Shown here in pieces: positions 10,180 to 19,934 of a DNA stretch of 64,000 bases. The notes under the pieces were generated by a model, which was not told the origin of the DNA, searched no databases, and saw nothing but the letters and a program-made list of their open reading frames with translations. Both the position numbers and the translations under genes were made by a program. Source of the stretch: Sedimentisphaeraceae bacterium JB056 (GTDB lineage Bacteria > Planctomycetota > Phycisphaerae > Sedimentisphaerales > Sedimentisphaeraceae); contig JBITAJ010000011.1 in assembly GCA_044440125.1 (NCBI GenBank), positions 102,648 through 166,647 on the forward strand. Reading direction: 5' to 3'. How positions within the stretch are numbered: position 1 is the stretch's first letter; each line of letters starts with the position of its first letter.

Positions 10180-11445
10180 ATGGCTCTTTTACGGAAGAAA
10201 GCATTAATTAGAGAACAAATTCAGGATATAACGGCACTTGTGGCCGGTAATCTGTCTTTACATGAAGTACTTGATAAACTTGCTGAAGCAGCGGTAGATA
10301 TCATAGGTGTAAGTGCCTGTTCGATCAGACTTCTTGATTCTGATACAGGTGATCTTTCTATGCGCAGTACTTACGGGCTCAGTGATGCTTATCGAAGTAA
10401 AGGGCCGGTTACGAAAGATGACCCTGTAATAAAGGAAGCCTTTGGAGGCAGGGCTGTCGTAGTTGACGACATGAAAAACGACAGCCGCGTCAAGTATCCT
10501 ATTGCAACATCTAATGAAGGCCTCGTAAGCCAGCTTACCGTTGCCATGACATACAAGGGTAAAAACATAGGTGTTTTGCGTTTGTATTCTGGTAAAGCTC
10601 ATAGATTCACTGATACAGATGTTACTGTGGCCAGGCTCATTGCCTCTCAGTGTGCCATTGCAATTACCAATGCTACGCTTTACAGTGCGGCAGTTCGTGG
10701 CTCACATATGGAAGACCAGATGAGGCTTGCAAGTGTCGTTCAACGGAGAATGCTTCCTCAGAAGGCGCCAGATATAACCGGTTTTGATATTTCCATGATG
10801 TATAGGCCTTGTTTCAAGGTCGGTGGTGACCTTTATGATTTCATAAAGATTGATGATGATTCTTTTGTTGTCGTCATTGCAGATGTCATTGGAAAAGGTA
10901 TTCCTGCTGCATTAATGATGGGTATGGTGAAAGGAGCTATAAGAGCTTTTGTTGACTGTATGCAAAGTTGCAATGAATATTCACTTGAAGGCGTTATTTC
11001 CAAAATAAACAAGTTCACTTGCGAACAATGTGCTAATGGAGAGTTTGTCACGTTGTTCATAGGTATTGTTAATTCGGCTAATAAAACCTTGAAGTTTTGT
11101 AACTGCGGTCATGAACCGACAGTATTGATGCGGGATGAAAAGCTTGTAGAATTGATGGAAGGCGGTATGGTGCTTGGCGTAGAACGAGAGACCAAACATG
11201 ATATTGTGACTGTCAATCTTAAAAAGGATGATATTTTGTTATTCTATACTGATGGCCTTATAGATGCGGTCAATTTCGATAACAAAATTTGGGGGCGTCA
11301 GCGTCTATATGAAACTTTGGAGAAGTGTGATAAGAAGTCGGCGAAAACACTGATACATACTCTTCTTGGTTATAGAAGGCGTTTTACGGGGCTTTCGCCT
11401 CAGCAGGATGATACGAGTATTGTTGCGATAAGAGTTGCTGAGTAA
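10180..11445 (+). CDS. GAF-domain PP2C/SpoIIE (RsbU-like) serine phosphatase
   Basis: N-terminal GAF; VGGDLYD, ADVIGKG, NCGH, YTDG, DDTS motifs. Confidence 0.9.
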   Translation: MALLRKKALIREQIQDITALVAGNLSLHEVLDKLAEAAVDIIGVSACSIRLLDSDTGDLSMRSTYGLSDAYRSKGPVTKDDPVIKEAFGGRAVVVDDMKNDSRVKYPIATSNEGLVSQLTVAMTYKGKNIGVLRLYSGKAHRFTDTDVTVARLIASQCAIAITNATLYSAAVRGSHMEDQMRLASVVQRRMLPQKAPDITGFDISMMYRPCFKVGGDLYDFIKIDDDSFVVVIADVIGKGIPAALMMGMVKGAIRAFVDCMQSCNEYSLEGVISKINKFTCEQCANGEFVTLFIGIVNSANKTLKFCNCGHEPTVLMRDEKLVELMEGGMVLGVERETKHDIVTVNLKKDDILLFYTDGLIDAVNFDNKIWGRQRLYETLEKCDKKSAKTLIHTLLGYRRRFTGLSPQQDDTSIVAIRVAE

Positions 11446-11472
11446 ATTTGCACTTCATATAATTGGTATATT

Positions 11473-11518
11473 AAAAGAGGGGTAAAAGCGTTTTATTGAC
11501 TTTTACCCCTCTTTTTTT
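11473..11518. terminator. Bidirectional intrinsic terminator between convergent genes
   Basis: AAAAGAGGGGTAAAAG / CTTTTACCCCTCTTTT inverted repeat with A and T tails. Confidence 0.85.
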
Positions 11519-11521
11519 GTC

Positions 11522-13291
11522 TTAGACAAGCTCTCGCTTCTCATACTTTGTATGCAGTAAGTGATGAGATTTGTCACTTAGCGGATTCTTAAGGAATTCT
11601 TCATAGATCATCTTGATCTCAGGATTTTCATGAGATTTACGCATTTTCTTCCCTTCATCTTCTGCATAAATAGCCTGAATCCTTTGAAGTCTCACTGCGT
11701 CATTTGTGAAACGAGGCTGACCGCCGCCGCCGATACATCCACCAGGGCAAGTCATGACCTCAACAAAATGGAATACTTCACCGCCTTTGATCATGTTGAC
11801 GATTTTGTTAGCATTTGAAAGCCCGTGTGCTACTGCAACCTTAAACTCTACACCTTCAAGAAACGACCATTCAGAGAGAACGTTTTCAATCTTGAGAGAT
11901 GCCGTCTTTACACCTTCGAGTCCTTCAATCGGCTTGACGTGAAGATTTTTGAGCGGCAATTCTCTACCTGTTACTATCTCGTATGCTGTTCTTATGGCTG
12001 CTTCCATTACACCGCCTGTGTTAGCGAAAATATCAGCCGCACCGCTTGAAAGTCCGAGTGGAGAATCCATTTTACCATCTGGAAGTGATTCGAAGTCTAT
12101 GCCGGCCTGGCCAATCATTGTGCCGAATTCTCTTGTTGTGAGTACGTAATCAACATCTTTGAATCCGCTGTCGTTCATTTCCGGACGCTGTATCTCAAAT
12201 TTCTTTGCAGTACATGGCATTACCGATACTACAATGATTCTGCTTGGATCCACGCCGGTTTTCTGGCTGTAATATGTTTTGGCAACGGCACCGAACATTT
12301 GCTGCGGTGATTTACATGTTGAAAGATTTGGAAGCATATCTGGGTGGTAATACTCGGTAAATTTTATCCATGCAGGGCAGCAACTTGTAAATTGCGGAAG
12401 GGCGGCAGGCTTATTGTCAAGGAGGACTGATTTAAGTCTCGTTAGAAGCTCTGTGCCTTCTTCCATTATTGTAAGATCCGCAGTGAAGTTTGTGTCGAAT
12501 ACTGCATCAAAGCCAAGATGTCTTGAAGCTGTAACCATTTTACCTGTTACCAAGCTGCCTGCAGGCATGCCGAAGCATTCGCCAAGAGCTGCCCTTATAG
12601 CAGGAGCTGTCTGTATCACGACGTACTTGTCAGGGTCGTCAAGAGCTTCCCATATTCCGTCAATGTGGCTCTTCTCGCTTATAGCACCCACCGGACACGT
12701 AGCCGCGCATTGTCCGCATTGCACGCACGGAACCTCATCAAGTTCCATTTCAAAGGCAGGCCCTATAGTGCTCTTGAATCCACGTCCCTGTGGCGATACA
12801 GAACCAACGCTTTGTATGCCTTCACAAACTTCTACGCATCTGCGGCATTTGATACACTTACCGCTGTCTCTTATAAGGGCAGGTGTTGATTCGTCAATTT
12901 GACTTTCAAGTTTTTCACCTTCCCATTTTACTTCCAATATTCCCATTTCGCGTGCAAGTTCCTGAAGTTCGCAGTCGTTGTTCCTCTGGCATGTCTGGCA
13001 GTTGCCGTTATGCTCTGAAAGAAGAAGCTCGACAACCATTCGTCTGGCCTCGCGTGCTCTTTTGGTATTGGTTTTGACTATCATGCCTTCAGTGGCAGGA
13101 GTTGAACATGCGGCCATTAAAGTTCTTGCGCCTTCAACCTCCACCACACAAACTCTGCAAGCCCCTTTAGGCACGGTGTTTTCAACAAAGCAAAGTGTAG
13201 GAATTTTTATTCCGCATTTGTTTGCTGCTGTCAGAATTGTAGTACCTTCGGGTACTTTAACCTCAGTATTATTTATTGTTAAAGAAATCAT
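11522..13291 (-). CDS. hydA: [FeFe]-hydrogenase catalytic subunit, group A (HydA/HndD-like)
   Basis: H-cluster motifs TSCCPAW, MPCTAKKFE, EVMTCPGGCIGGGGQP; N-terminal 2Fe-2S, His-ligated 4Fe-4S and 2x4Fe-4S motifs. Confidence 0.95.
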   Translation of the reverse strand: MISLTINNTEVKVPEGTTILTAANKCGIKIPTLCFVENTVPKGACRVCVVEVEGARTLMAACSTPATEGMIVKTNTKRAREARRMVVELLLSEHNGNCQTCQRNNDCELQELAREMGILEVKWEGEKLESQIDESTPALIRDSGKCIKCRRCVEVCEGIQSVGSVSPQGRGFKSTIGPAFEMELDEVPCVQCGQCAATCPVGAISEKSHIDGIWEALDDPDKYVVIQTAPAIRAALGECFGMPAGSLVTGKMVTASRHLGFDAVFDTNFTADLTIMEEGTELLTRLKSVLLDNKPAALPQFTSCCPAWIKFTEYYHPDMLPNLSTCKSPQQMFGAVAKTYYSQKTGVDPSRIIVVSVMPCTAKKFEIQRPEMNDSGFKDVDYVLTTREFGTMIGQAGIDFESLPDGKMDSPLGLSSGAADIFANTGGVMEAAIRTAYEIVTGRELPLKNLHVKPIEGLEGVKTASLKIENVLSEWSFLEGVEFKVAVAHGLSNANKIVNMIKGGEVFHFVEVMTCPGGCIGGGGQPRFTNDAVRLQRIQAIYAEDEGKKMRKSHENPEIKMIYEEFLKNPLSDKSHHLLHTKYEKRELV

Positions 13292-13307
13292 AGAATCCTC
13301 TCGCTCA

Positions 13308-16300
13308 TCAGTATTTACCATAATCACATCTCAGACAACGCTTAGACTGTCGGACGGCTTCCCCTTCAAGCCAGGGCATTTCAACTTCATCGAAGTTGTT
13401 CTTACGCCTGTCAACGGAGAGCAATACCATCTTCTTTCGGTCGTATTCAACAGGGTCAGCATCCGGGTCGAAGGCAGTATCTACCTGTATATCCTGACGC
13501 CAGAAAGCATGCTGCTCGCCTGTCAGATATTCATCAATACCTATCGCTGCCTTTTCGCCTGCGGCTACAGCTTCTACAACAGAAGCCGGCCCGGTAGTCA
13601 AGTCACCGCCGCCGAATAACCATTCAATGCTTGTCTGGCCTGTAAGCGGATCTGTCTTAACTCTGTCTCTGCCGATGAATTCAAGTTTGTCGTCATTAAC
13701 TTTTGCACAGCAGTCATAGTTGTTCTCTGCGGTCTCTTTGCAGAAGTCTTCGAAAATACTTTCTGCGTCAAGTTTCTGTCCACATGCAAATATTATCTGA
13801 TCAGCTTCGAACCTTACTTCCTGTCCGCTGTCTTCAGGGCGTCTTCTTCCTGAACGGTCAAATTCTCCAAGTTTCATTCTATGACATACGAGGGCTGAAA
13901 CTTTTCCGTCCTCATCAATTATTCTTGTTGGAGAAGTCAGGGTTTCTATGCGTACACCTTCCTGCTGCGACTCTTCAATTTCTTCAGCATATGCAGGCAT
14001 CTCGGCCCTTGTTCGTCTGTAAACCACGGTTACATCGGCTCCAAGTCTTATAGCGGTTCTCGCTGCGTCAATGGCCGCATTGCCGCCTCCTATTACTACG
14101 ACTTTCTTGCCAACCTTTACTGAGCCGCGGAGGTTGTATTCACGCAGGAATGCAATTGCTTCTGTAACTCCTGCCGCCTCTTTACCCGGCAAATCAAGGA
14201 TTATGCCCTTAGGTGTTCCAACGCCGAGGAACACAGCGTCGTATCCTTCTCTGCGGAGCTGTGCCAAGCTGAAATCGCGTCCAAGCATTTTGCCTGTTTC
14301 GATTTCCACGCCAAGGCCTTCTATCATTCGTATCTCACGTGCAAGCAGCTCTCTCGGCAACCTGTATGCAGGAATTGTCTGCACAAGCATACCGCCTGGT
14401 CTCGGCTCTGCCTCAAGCACTGTTGGTCTGTAACCAAGGCGTGCAAGGAAGTAGGCACATGAAAGTCCGGCAGGGCCGGCACCTACCACGGCTATCTTGC
14501 GTTTTGAATTATCTTCACTTTCACGAACCTCGGGAACCTGTATAGTGATTTCCTGATCGACCATGAATCTCTTGATCGCACGAATTGCAACAGATTCATC
14601 AATCATAGACCTGCGACATTTATCCTCGCATGTATGGAAGCAAACTCTTGCACATACAACAGCAAATGGGTTACGTTCACGATGCAGCCGTAAAGCTTCT
14701 GCATAGCGTTTTTCGCCGACCAGTGAAATAAAGCCGGGAACGTTGACCTTTGCAGGGCATGCGCTTTGACAGGGGGCACGTACCAGTCCCGGACAGACTC
14801 CGGCAGGGCAGTGCTTCTCTTTGATATGCGATTCATATTCATCACGGAAATGACGTATAGTTGAGAGCACAGGGTTGGGTGCCGTCTGACCTAACCCGCA
14901 AAGTGCGGTATCTTTGATCTGCTCACCTATCTCTATAAGTCTGTCGATATCTTCCTCTTCACCTTCACCGTTGCAGATCCTTTCGAGAATCTCAAGCATA
15001 CGTTTTGTACCTACTCGGCATGGAGAACACTTGCCGCATGATTCCTCTTGAACGAATTCAAGGAAGAATCTGGCAACGTCAACCATACAGGCATCGTCAT
15101 CCATCACTACAAGTCCGCCGGAACCCATGATGGCTCCCAACTCATTGAGTGATTCGTAATCAAGCTGTACATTAAGGTGCTGCTTGGGTATACATCCGCC
15201 TGAAGGGCCGCCAACCTGCGCAGCCTTGAAGGCCTTGCCGTCCGGGATGCCGCCGCCTATATCATATATCAGTTCGCCAAGTGTTGTTCCTACTGGGACT
15301 TCAACCAGCCCTGAATTCCGTATAGCTCCGGCAAGGGCGAAAACTTTTGTACCTTTACTTTTTTCGGTTCCGTAAGAAGCGAACCACTCACCGCCGTTTT
15401 GAATTATTGCCGCTATGTTGGCATATGTTTCAACGTTGTTGAGAACTGTAGGCTTGTCCCACAAACCTTTCTGTGCGGGGAATGGAGGTCTTGGTCTCGG
15501 CTCACCTCGTTTTCCTTCTATTGATGCTATAAGTGCGGTTTCTTCACCGCAAACAAAAGCTCCAGAACCCATTCTGATTTCAAGTTCGAAGTCAAAACCT
15601 TTGCCAAGTATATTTTTACCGAGTAAACCGGCTTCTCTTGCGGTATCAATGGCTTTTTGAAGTCTTTCAACTGCCAATGGATATTCAGCACGTACATAGA
15701 TGTATCCTTGAGATGCACCGATTGCATATGCCCCGATAGCCATTCCTTCTATAAGGCTGTAAGGGTCGCCTTCGAGAACAGAACGATCCATGAAAGCTCC
15801 CGGGTCGCCTTCGTCAGCATTACACAGTATGTATTTTGTGTCTGATTCGCTTTTCTTTGCAAAAGACCACTTGAGCCATGTTGGGAATCCTGCTCCGCCT
15901 CTTCCTCTTAATCCGGATAGTTTCATTTGTTCTATGACATCATCTGGACTCATCTCTTCGAGCACTTTGGCGATTGCCATAAAACCGTCTACGCCAATAT
16001 AATCTTCAAGGCTTATCGGGTCTACAAGGCCGCAGTTTCTTAAAACGATTTTTGTTTGGCGTTTGAAGAAGTCTATGTCCATTTGCATTGGAAGCGGTAT
16101 GTCTTCTGTACCTTCTTTTTGTGTCCAGGCAAGACGTTCTACTATTTTGCCGCCAAACACGTGCTGTTCTACTATATCAACTGCGTCTTTAGGCTGTACT
16201 TTTTGGTAGAACACTTGGTCTTTGGCCATAAGGACTACAGGGCCTGCCGCACAAGGGCCAAGACAACCGGTTTCAACTATTTGCACAGTCTTGTCAAGAC

Positions 16301-16484
16301 CGTGTGATTCAAGTTCTTCCTGCAAAGCTTCTATTACTTTCAATGATCCTGATGCAATACAGCCGCCGCCTGCGCAGACGAGTATTTTTTGCATCTTGAC
16401 ACCTTTGTCTGTAAGTTTGCCTTTTTTGCATTCTTCGTTTAGATGTTTAAGGTTTTCGATGGAAGTTATCTTCTTGATGCTCAT
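13308..16484 (-). CDS. HydB/NuoF-like NAD(H)/FMN subunit fused to a GltD/NfnB-like FAD/NADP(H) oxidoreductase
   Basis: Thioredoxin-like 2Fe-2S N-terminus; SGLRGRGGAGFP, NADEGDPG, FVCGEETAL, ESCGKCSPCR; then APCQSACP, GAGPAG, GGGNAAIDAAR..YRR. Confidence 0.9.
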   Translation of the reverse strand: MSIKKITSIENLKHLNEECKKGKLTDKGVKMQKILVCAGGGCIASGSLKVIEALQEELESHGLDKTVQIVETGCLGPCAAGPVVLMAKDQVFYQKVQPKDAVDIVEQHVFGGKIVERLAWTQKEGTEDIPLPMQMDIDFFKRQTKIVLRNCGLVDPISLEDYIGVDGFMAIAKVLEEMSPDDVIEQMKLSGLRGRGGAGFPTWLKWSFAKKSESDTKYILCNADEGDPGAFMDRSVLEGDPYSLIEGMAIGAYAIGASQGYIYVRAEYPLAVERLQKAIDTAREAGLLGKNILGKGFDFELEIRMGSGAFVCGEETALIASIEGKRGEPRPRPPFPAQKGLWDKPTVLNNVETYANIAAIIQNGGEWFASYGTEKSKGTKVFALAGAIRNSGLVEVPVGTTLGELIYDIGGGIPDGKAFKAAQVGGPSGGCIPKQHLNVQLDYESLNELGAIMGSGGLVVMDDDACMVDVARFFLEFVQEESCGKCSPCRVGTKRMLEILERICNGEGEEEDIDRLIEIGEQIKDTALCGLGQTAPNPVLSTIRHFRDEYESHIKEKHCPAGVCPGLVRAPCQSACPAKVNVPGFISLVGEKRYAEALRLHRERNPFAVVCARVCFHTCEDKCRRSMIDESVAIRAIKRFMVDQEITIQVPEVRESEDNSKRKIAVVGAGPAGLSCAYFLARLGYRPTVLEAEPRPGGMLVQTIPAYRLPRELLAREIRMIEGLGVEIETGKMLGRDFSLAQLRREGYDAVFLGVGTPKGIILDLPGKEAAGVTEAIAFLREYNLRGSVKVGKKVVVIGGGNAAIDAARTAIRLGADVTVVYRRTRAEMPAYAEEIEESQQEGVRIETLTSPTRIIDEDGKVSALVCHRMKLGEFDRSGRRRPEDSGQEVRFEADQIIFACGQKLDAESIFEDFCKETAENNYDCCAKVNDDKLEFIGRDRVKTDPLTGQTSIEWLFGGGDLTTGPASVVEAVAAGEKAAIGIDEYLTGEQHAFWRQDIQVDTAFDPDADPVEYDRKKMVLLSVDRRKNNFDEVEMPWLEGEAVRQSKRCLRCDYGKY

Positions 16485-17014
16485 TTGTCTGCCTCCTTCT
16501 CATCTTTTTTCTCATTTGCTGAATAACTTGCTAAAAGCTCAGCCATCTTGGATGGTTTTGCTCTCTGAATCACATCATCGTTGACCATAATTACCGGAGC
16601 CAGTCCGCATGCGCCGAAGCATCTGCCAATGTCCAGTGAGAACATTCTGTCTTCGGTTGTACCTCCAATATCTATGCCAAGTTCTTTTTTTAGTGAATCA
16701 AGAACTTCTTTTCCGCCTCTTACATAGCATGCTGTTCCAAGGCAGACACGCACTACATATTTACCTCGAGGCACAGTAGAGAAAAATGAATAAAAACTCA
16801 CCACTCCGGCTACCTCGCTGTATGGTTTATTAAACCTGAGGCTTATCTTTTTGAGTGCTGATTTGGGTAAATAGCCCATCATGTTCTGGACTATCTGAAG
16901 TACCGGTATTAAACCACCGGGTTTTGAGGTGTACTCATCAAGGATGGGATCGAGCTTGTCGAGTAAATCTTGTTCACTCATTTCCTGCTCACAACAACAT
17001 TGACACTCTGGCAT
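16481..17014 (-). CDS. HydC/NuoE-like 2Fe-2S subunit
   Basis: VCLGTACYVRG and CFGACGLAPV motifs. Confidence 0.92.
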   Translation of the reverse strand: MPECQCCCEQEMSEQDLLDKLDPILDEYTSKPGGLIPVLQIVQNMMGYLPKSALKKISLRFNKPYSEVAGVVSFYSFFSTVPRGKYVVRVCLGTACYVRGGKEVLDSLKKELGIDIGGTTEDRMFSLDIGRCFGACGLAPVIMVNDDVIQRAKPSKMAELLASYSANEKKDEKEADK

Positions 17015-17240
17015 ATTTCACTCTCCTAAACACAAGTTTATAGTTCCCACTGCCGATCAGATGATATTGTAATGATCTGTCCGTTACCGGCAGTTATCTA
17101 TCATCATTAATAGAGTTCAACTAATATCAGTTAGCACTGACATATGCCGTTGCCGAGGTGTGTTTCAGTGTTGCAGAGTGTCATTCACGGCAACTTTCTA
17201 TTATTTTCAGGCGGTACACGCGAAAAAACCACCTGAACTC

Positions 17241-17269
17241 ATTCTAACGTTATAAGTTATATTTTGCAA
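17241..17269 (-). promoter_or_regulatory. Sigma70-type promoter of the hydrogenase operon
   Basis: Minus strand TTGCAA-17 bp-TAGAAT. Confidence 0.65.
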
Positions 17270-17316
17270 GATATAAAATTGTTATATCTATTTTGTTGTG
17301 TGATTTTATTACAAAA

Positions 17317-17342
17317 AACTTTATAAATGCATTTATAAAGTT
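17317..17342. promoter_or_regulatory. Perfect 26-bp palindrome; operator or terminator of the radical SAM gene
   Basis: AACTTTATAAATGCATTTATAAAGTT; a T run follows on the minus strand. Confidence 0.5.
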
Positions 17343-17373
17343 ATAAACAACGTTTTTGTGGTAATTAAAACCG

Positions 17374-18510
17374 TTAAAAAATTATGTAACCAGAGGCTTT
17401 TTTGAGTAAAACTGTAACTTTACCTATGTCCGATATTTCTCTAAGTTGTTGTTGACGCCGTCTTTCTATTATCCTTTGGACAGTAACATGCCCTAACCCA
17501 GGAACCCTCAGAAGTTCTTCTTGAGATGCTTTATTCACATTGACCGGAAATATTTCGGGGTGTTTTAATGCCCAGTACTCCTTGGGATCTGTGTCAAGAG
17601 CCAGAGAGCCTTCTTTTTCGTATTCAATTTCATCAGGGGAAAAGCCGTATTTTCTGAGCAGGTAATCCACCTGATAAAGTCTGTGTTCTCTTGTGAAAAT
17701 ATTCTCAGGCTTTTCGGATTCGATATTTTCACCGGGCAAATCGCTTTGGCCCAAACCTTTTTGGTAGGCACTGAAAAAGACTCTGTGCATTTTTAATCTG
17801 TCATAAAGTCCACCCATATATTTAACTATCTGCGAATCCTTTTCGCCTGCAGCACCTACGATAAATTGCGTTGTCTGTTTGACCTTGTCAAATCGTGAAC
17901 CTTTGGCTGTAAGTTCGCTGATATATTTTATTGGTTGGATGATGTCATTTATGTAGTTTTTCTTGTTTGAGAGTTTTGAAAAATTTAAAGCTCCCGGTGT
18001 CTCGATATTCAATGAAACTGCACTTGAAAGTCTTACTGCTTCCTCAATAGAAGCTTTACTTGCACCTGGTATGATTTTTAAGTGAATGTAACCTCGGTAT
18101 TTATGTGTTTTTCGAACTATTTCGGCTGTAGCGATTAGTTGTTTCATTGTTGCGTCTGCAGAGCCTATGACGCCACTGCTGAGAAATAAACCCGATACTT
18201 TCCGCTTCCTGTAATAATCCATGAAAGCTTCGGCTGTTTGTTCCGGACTTAAAGCACATCGTCTTACATCCATATTTTCTCTCAAAGGACAATATTTGCA
18301 GTCATTTGAGCATATATTTGATATTAAGGTTCTGAAAAGAACGCTTTTCCCGCCACCAGGAAGTGTTATAGGGTATATCCATTTACCTTGACTGCCGCGT
18401 TTGCGGCCTTCTCCGGTCTGGCTGCAGGCACAGGCTAAATCGTATTGTGCATCCTCGCTCAATATCTCAAGTTTTTGGTATGTATTTGGTCTTCGTATTA
18501 TTGCTGTCAT
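17374..18510 (-). CDS. Radical SAM protein with C-terminal helix-hairpin-helix (putative DNA modification/repair family, TIGR03916-like)
   Basis: YDLAC N-terminus, CSNDCKYC, GLFLSSG, REHRLYQ, LLRVPGLG HhH. Confidence 0.85.
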   Translation of the reverse strand: MTAIIRRPNTYQKLEILSEDAQYDLACACSQTGEGRKRGSQGKWIYPITLPGGGKSVLFRTLISNICSNDCKYCPLRENMDVRRCALSPEQTAEAFMDYYRKRKVSGLFLSSGVIGSADATMKQLIATAEIVRKTHKYRGYIHLKIIPGASKASIEEAVRLSSAVSLNIETPGALNFSKLSNKKNYINDIIQPIKYISELTAKGSRFDKVKQTTQFIVGAAGEKDSQIVKYMGGLYDRLKMHRVFFSAYQKGLGQSDLPGENIESEKPENIFTREHRLYQVDYLLRKYGFSPDEIEYEKEGSLALDTDPKEYWALKHPEIFPVNVNKASQEELLRVPGLGHVTVQRIIERRRQQQLREISDIGKVTVLLKKASGYIIF

Positions 18511-18642
18511 GCTAACACCAGTCAAAATCCATTTTGCTGTTTACAATTTATCACAGAAACAATTTTGAATCAATCACGTATATTATTATATTAAAGCAGG
18601 CTTAAAAATATTATGATAACAATTGTATGTAAGGGAGAAATT

Positions 18643-19035
18643 ATGAGAAGTGCATTAATAGTTGTTTTGTTAGTTTTCTGTGGAATTTATTTTTGTGGGT
18701 GTGAAAGCGATGCTCAAACGGGCGCACTGATAGGTACCGCTATAGGTGCCGGTGTTGGACAGGCTGCAGGCGGCGACACTGAATCTACGATGATTGGTGC
18801 GGCTGTTGGCGGCGGAAGCGGCTATCTTATTGGAAAACACTCCGATGATAAGAAGGAAGAAGAAGCCCAGCAGGGTGAATCTCAGGAAGTGCAAACCGTA
18901 TGGATAACAAACAGCAACGGCTCACAAACGCCGGTTAAGATAATAAGGCAGGGCGATAAGTATGTCGGCCCCAAAGGAGAAATGTACACTACTTTCCCGA
19001 CTGAGGAACAGCTTAAAAGCGTTTATGGCTTTTAA
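18643..19035 (+). CDS. Glycine-zipper lipoprotein
   Basis: Signal ending FCGC; GALIGTAIGAGVG...IGAAVGG. Confidence 0.75.
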   Translation: MRSALIVVLLVFCGIYFCGCESDAQTGALIGTAIGAGVGQAAGGDTESTMIGAAVGGGSGYLIGKHSDDKKEEEAQQGESQEVQTVWITNSNGSQTPVKIIRQGDKYVGPKGEMYTTFPTEEQLKSVYGF

Positions 19036-19043
19036 GCCGGCAT

Positions 19044-19934
19044 TTACATCAGAGAAGTGCTGAAATATCTTTCTGCTCTGTCAGGCAGTACTGTACTTAC
19101 AATACCATTGAATTTTTCAGCTGTTCTTCTGGCGGCCCATACATTGGCTCCTGATGATATGCCTACCATAAGCCCATGGTCACGACCAAGATTGCGGGTG
19201 GTTTCTATGGCATCGTCATCACTTACCTCAATTATGTCATCCACAATAGAGACATCCAGTACATCAGGGATAAATCCATCGCCTATCCCCTGTATCTGAT
19301 GAAGGCCGGGCTCGTGTCCCAGAAGAGCCGAGACATTCTTTGGTTCTACTGCAATTATTTTGATCTCAGGGTTCTGTTCTTTCAGAAAAGTTCCAACTCC
19401 TTGGAGTGTGCCTCCGCTTCCGATTCCGGCAACGAAGCACTCGATCTTTCCATCAGTTTGCTTCCATAGCTCAGATGCAGTAGTATCGTAATGGATTTTG
19501 GGGTTGTTGGGGTTTTGAAATTGCTGAGGTACAAAAACATTCTTACTTGCTTGGGCTATTTCGTTGACCTTGTCGACCGCTCCACCTATACTGAGTTCAG
19601 CAGGGGTCAGCAGCAGCTCTGCTCCAAGTGATCGTATGAGTTTTTTTCGTTCTTCACTCATGTTTTCAGGCATGACGATAGTGACATCATATCCTTTGAG
19701 CCGGCCGACGAGAGCAACGCCTATTCCGGTATTGCCGCTTGTTGGTTCAACGATACGGTAACCTTCCTTTAATCGCCCATCGCGTTCGGCTCCTTCTATC
19801 ATTGCCAATGCAACTCGATCCTTTATGCTGCCGCCAGGATTCAGGAATTCTGCTTTTGCATAGATATTATCTGAGCCAAGCTTTATTAAAGGAGTTTTTC
19901 CGATAAGGTCTAAAATGTTTTCTGTCACTATCAT
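19044..19934 (-). CDS. cysK: Cysteine synthase (O-acetylserine sulfhydrylase)
   Basis: NPGGSIKDR (PLP Lys), EPTSGNTG, GSGGT, HQIQGIG, GISSGAN. Confidence 0.92.
   Translation of the reverse strand: MIVTENILDLIGKTPLIKLGSDNIYAKAEFLNPGGSIKDRVALAMIEGAERDGRLKEGYRIVEPTSGNTGIGVALVGRLKGYDVTIVMPENMSEERKKLIRSLGAELLLTPAELSIGGAVDKVNEIAQASKNVFVPQQFQNPNNPKIHYDTTASELWKQTDGKIECFVAGIGSGGTLQGVGTFLKEQNPEIKIIAVEPKNVSALLGHEPGLHQIQGIGDGFIPDVLDVSIVDDIIEVSDDDAIETTRNLGRDHGLMVGISSGANVWAARRTAEKFNGIVSTVLPDRAERYFSTSLM

Noticed and set aside
12414..13619. Long plus-strand ORFs opposite the hydrogenase genes, and similar antisense ORFs throughout the window
   Set aside because: Shadow frames of well-supported genes with no recognisable motifs
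17297..17314. Second Rex-like site TGTGTGATTTTATTACAA
   Set aside because: Half-site spacing and symmetry do not fit the 18-bp consensus
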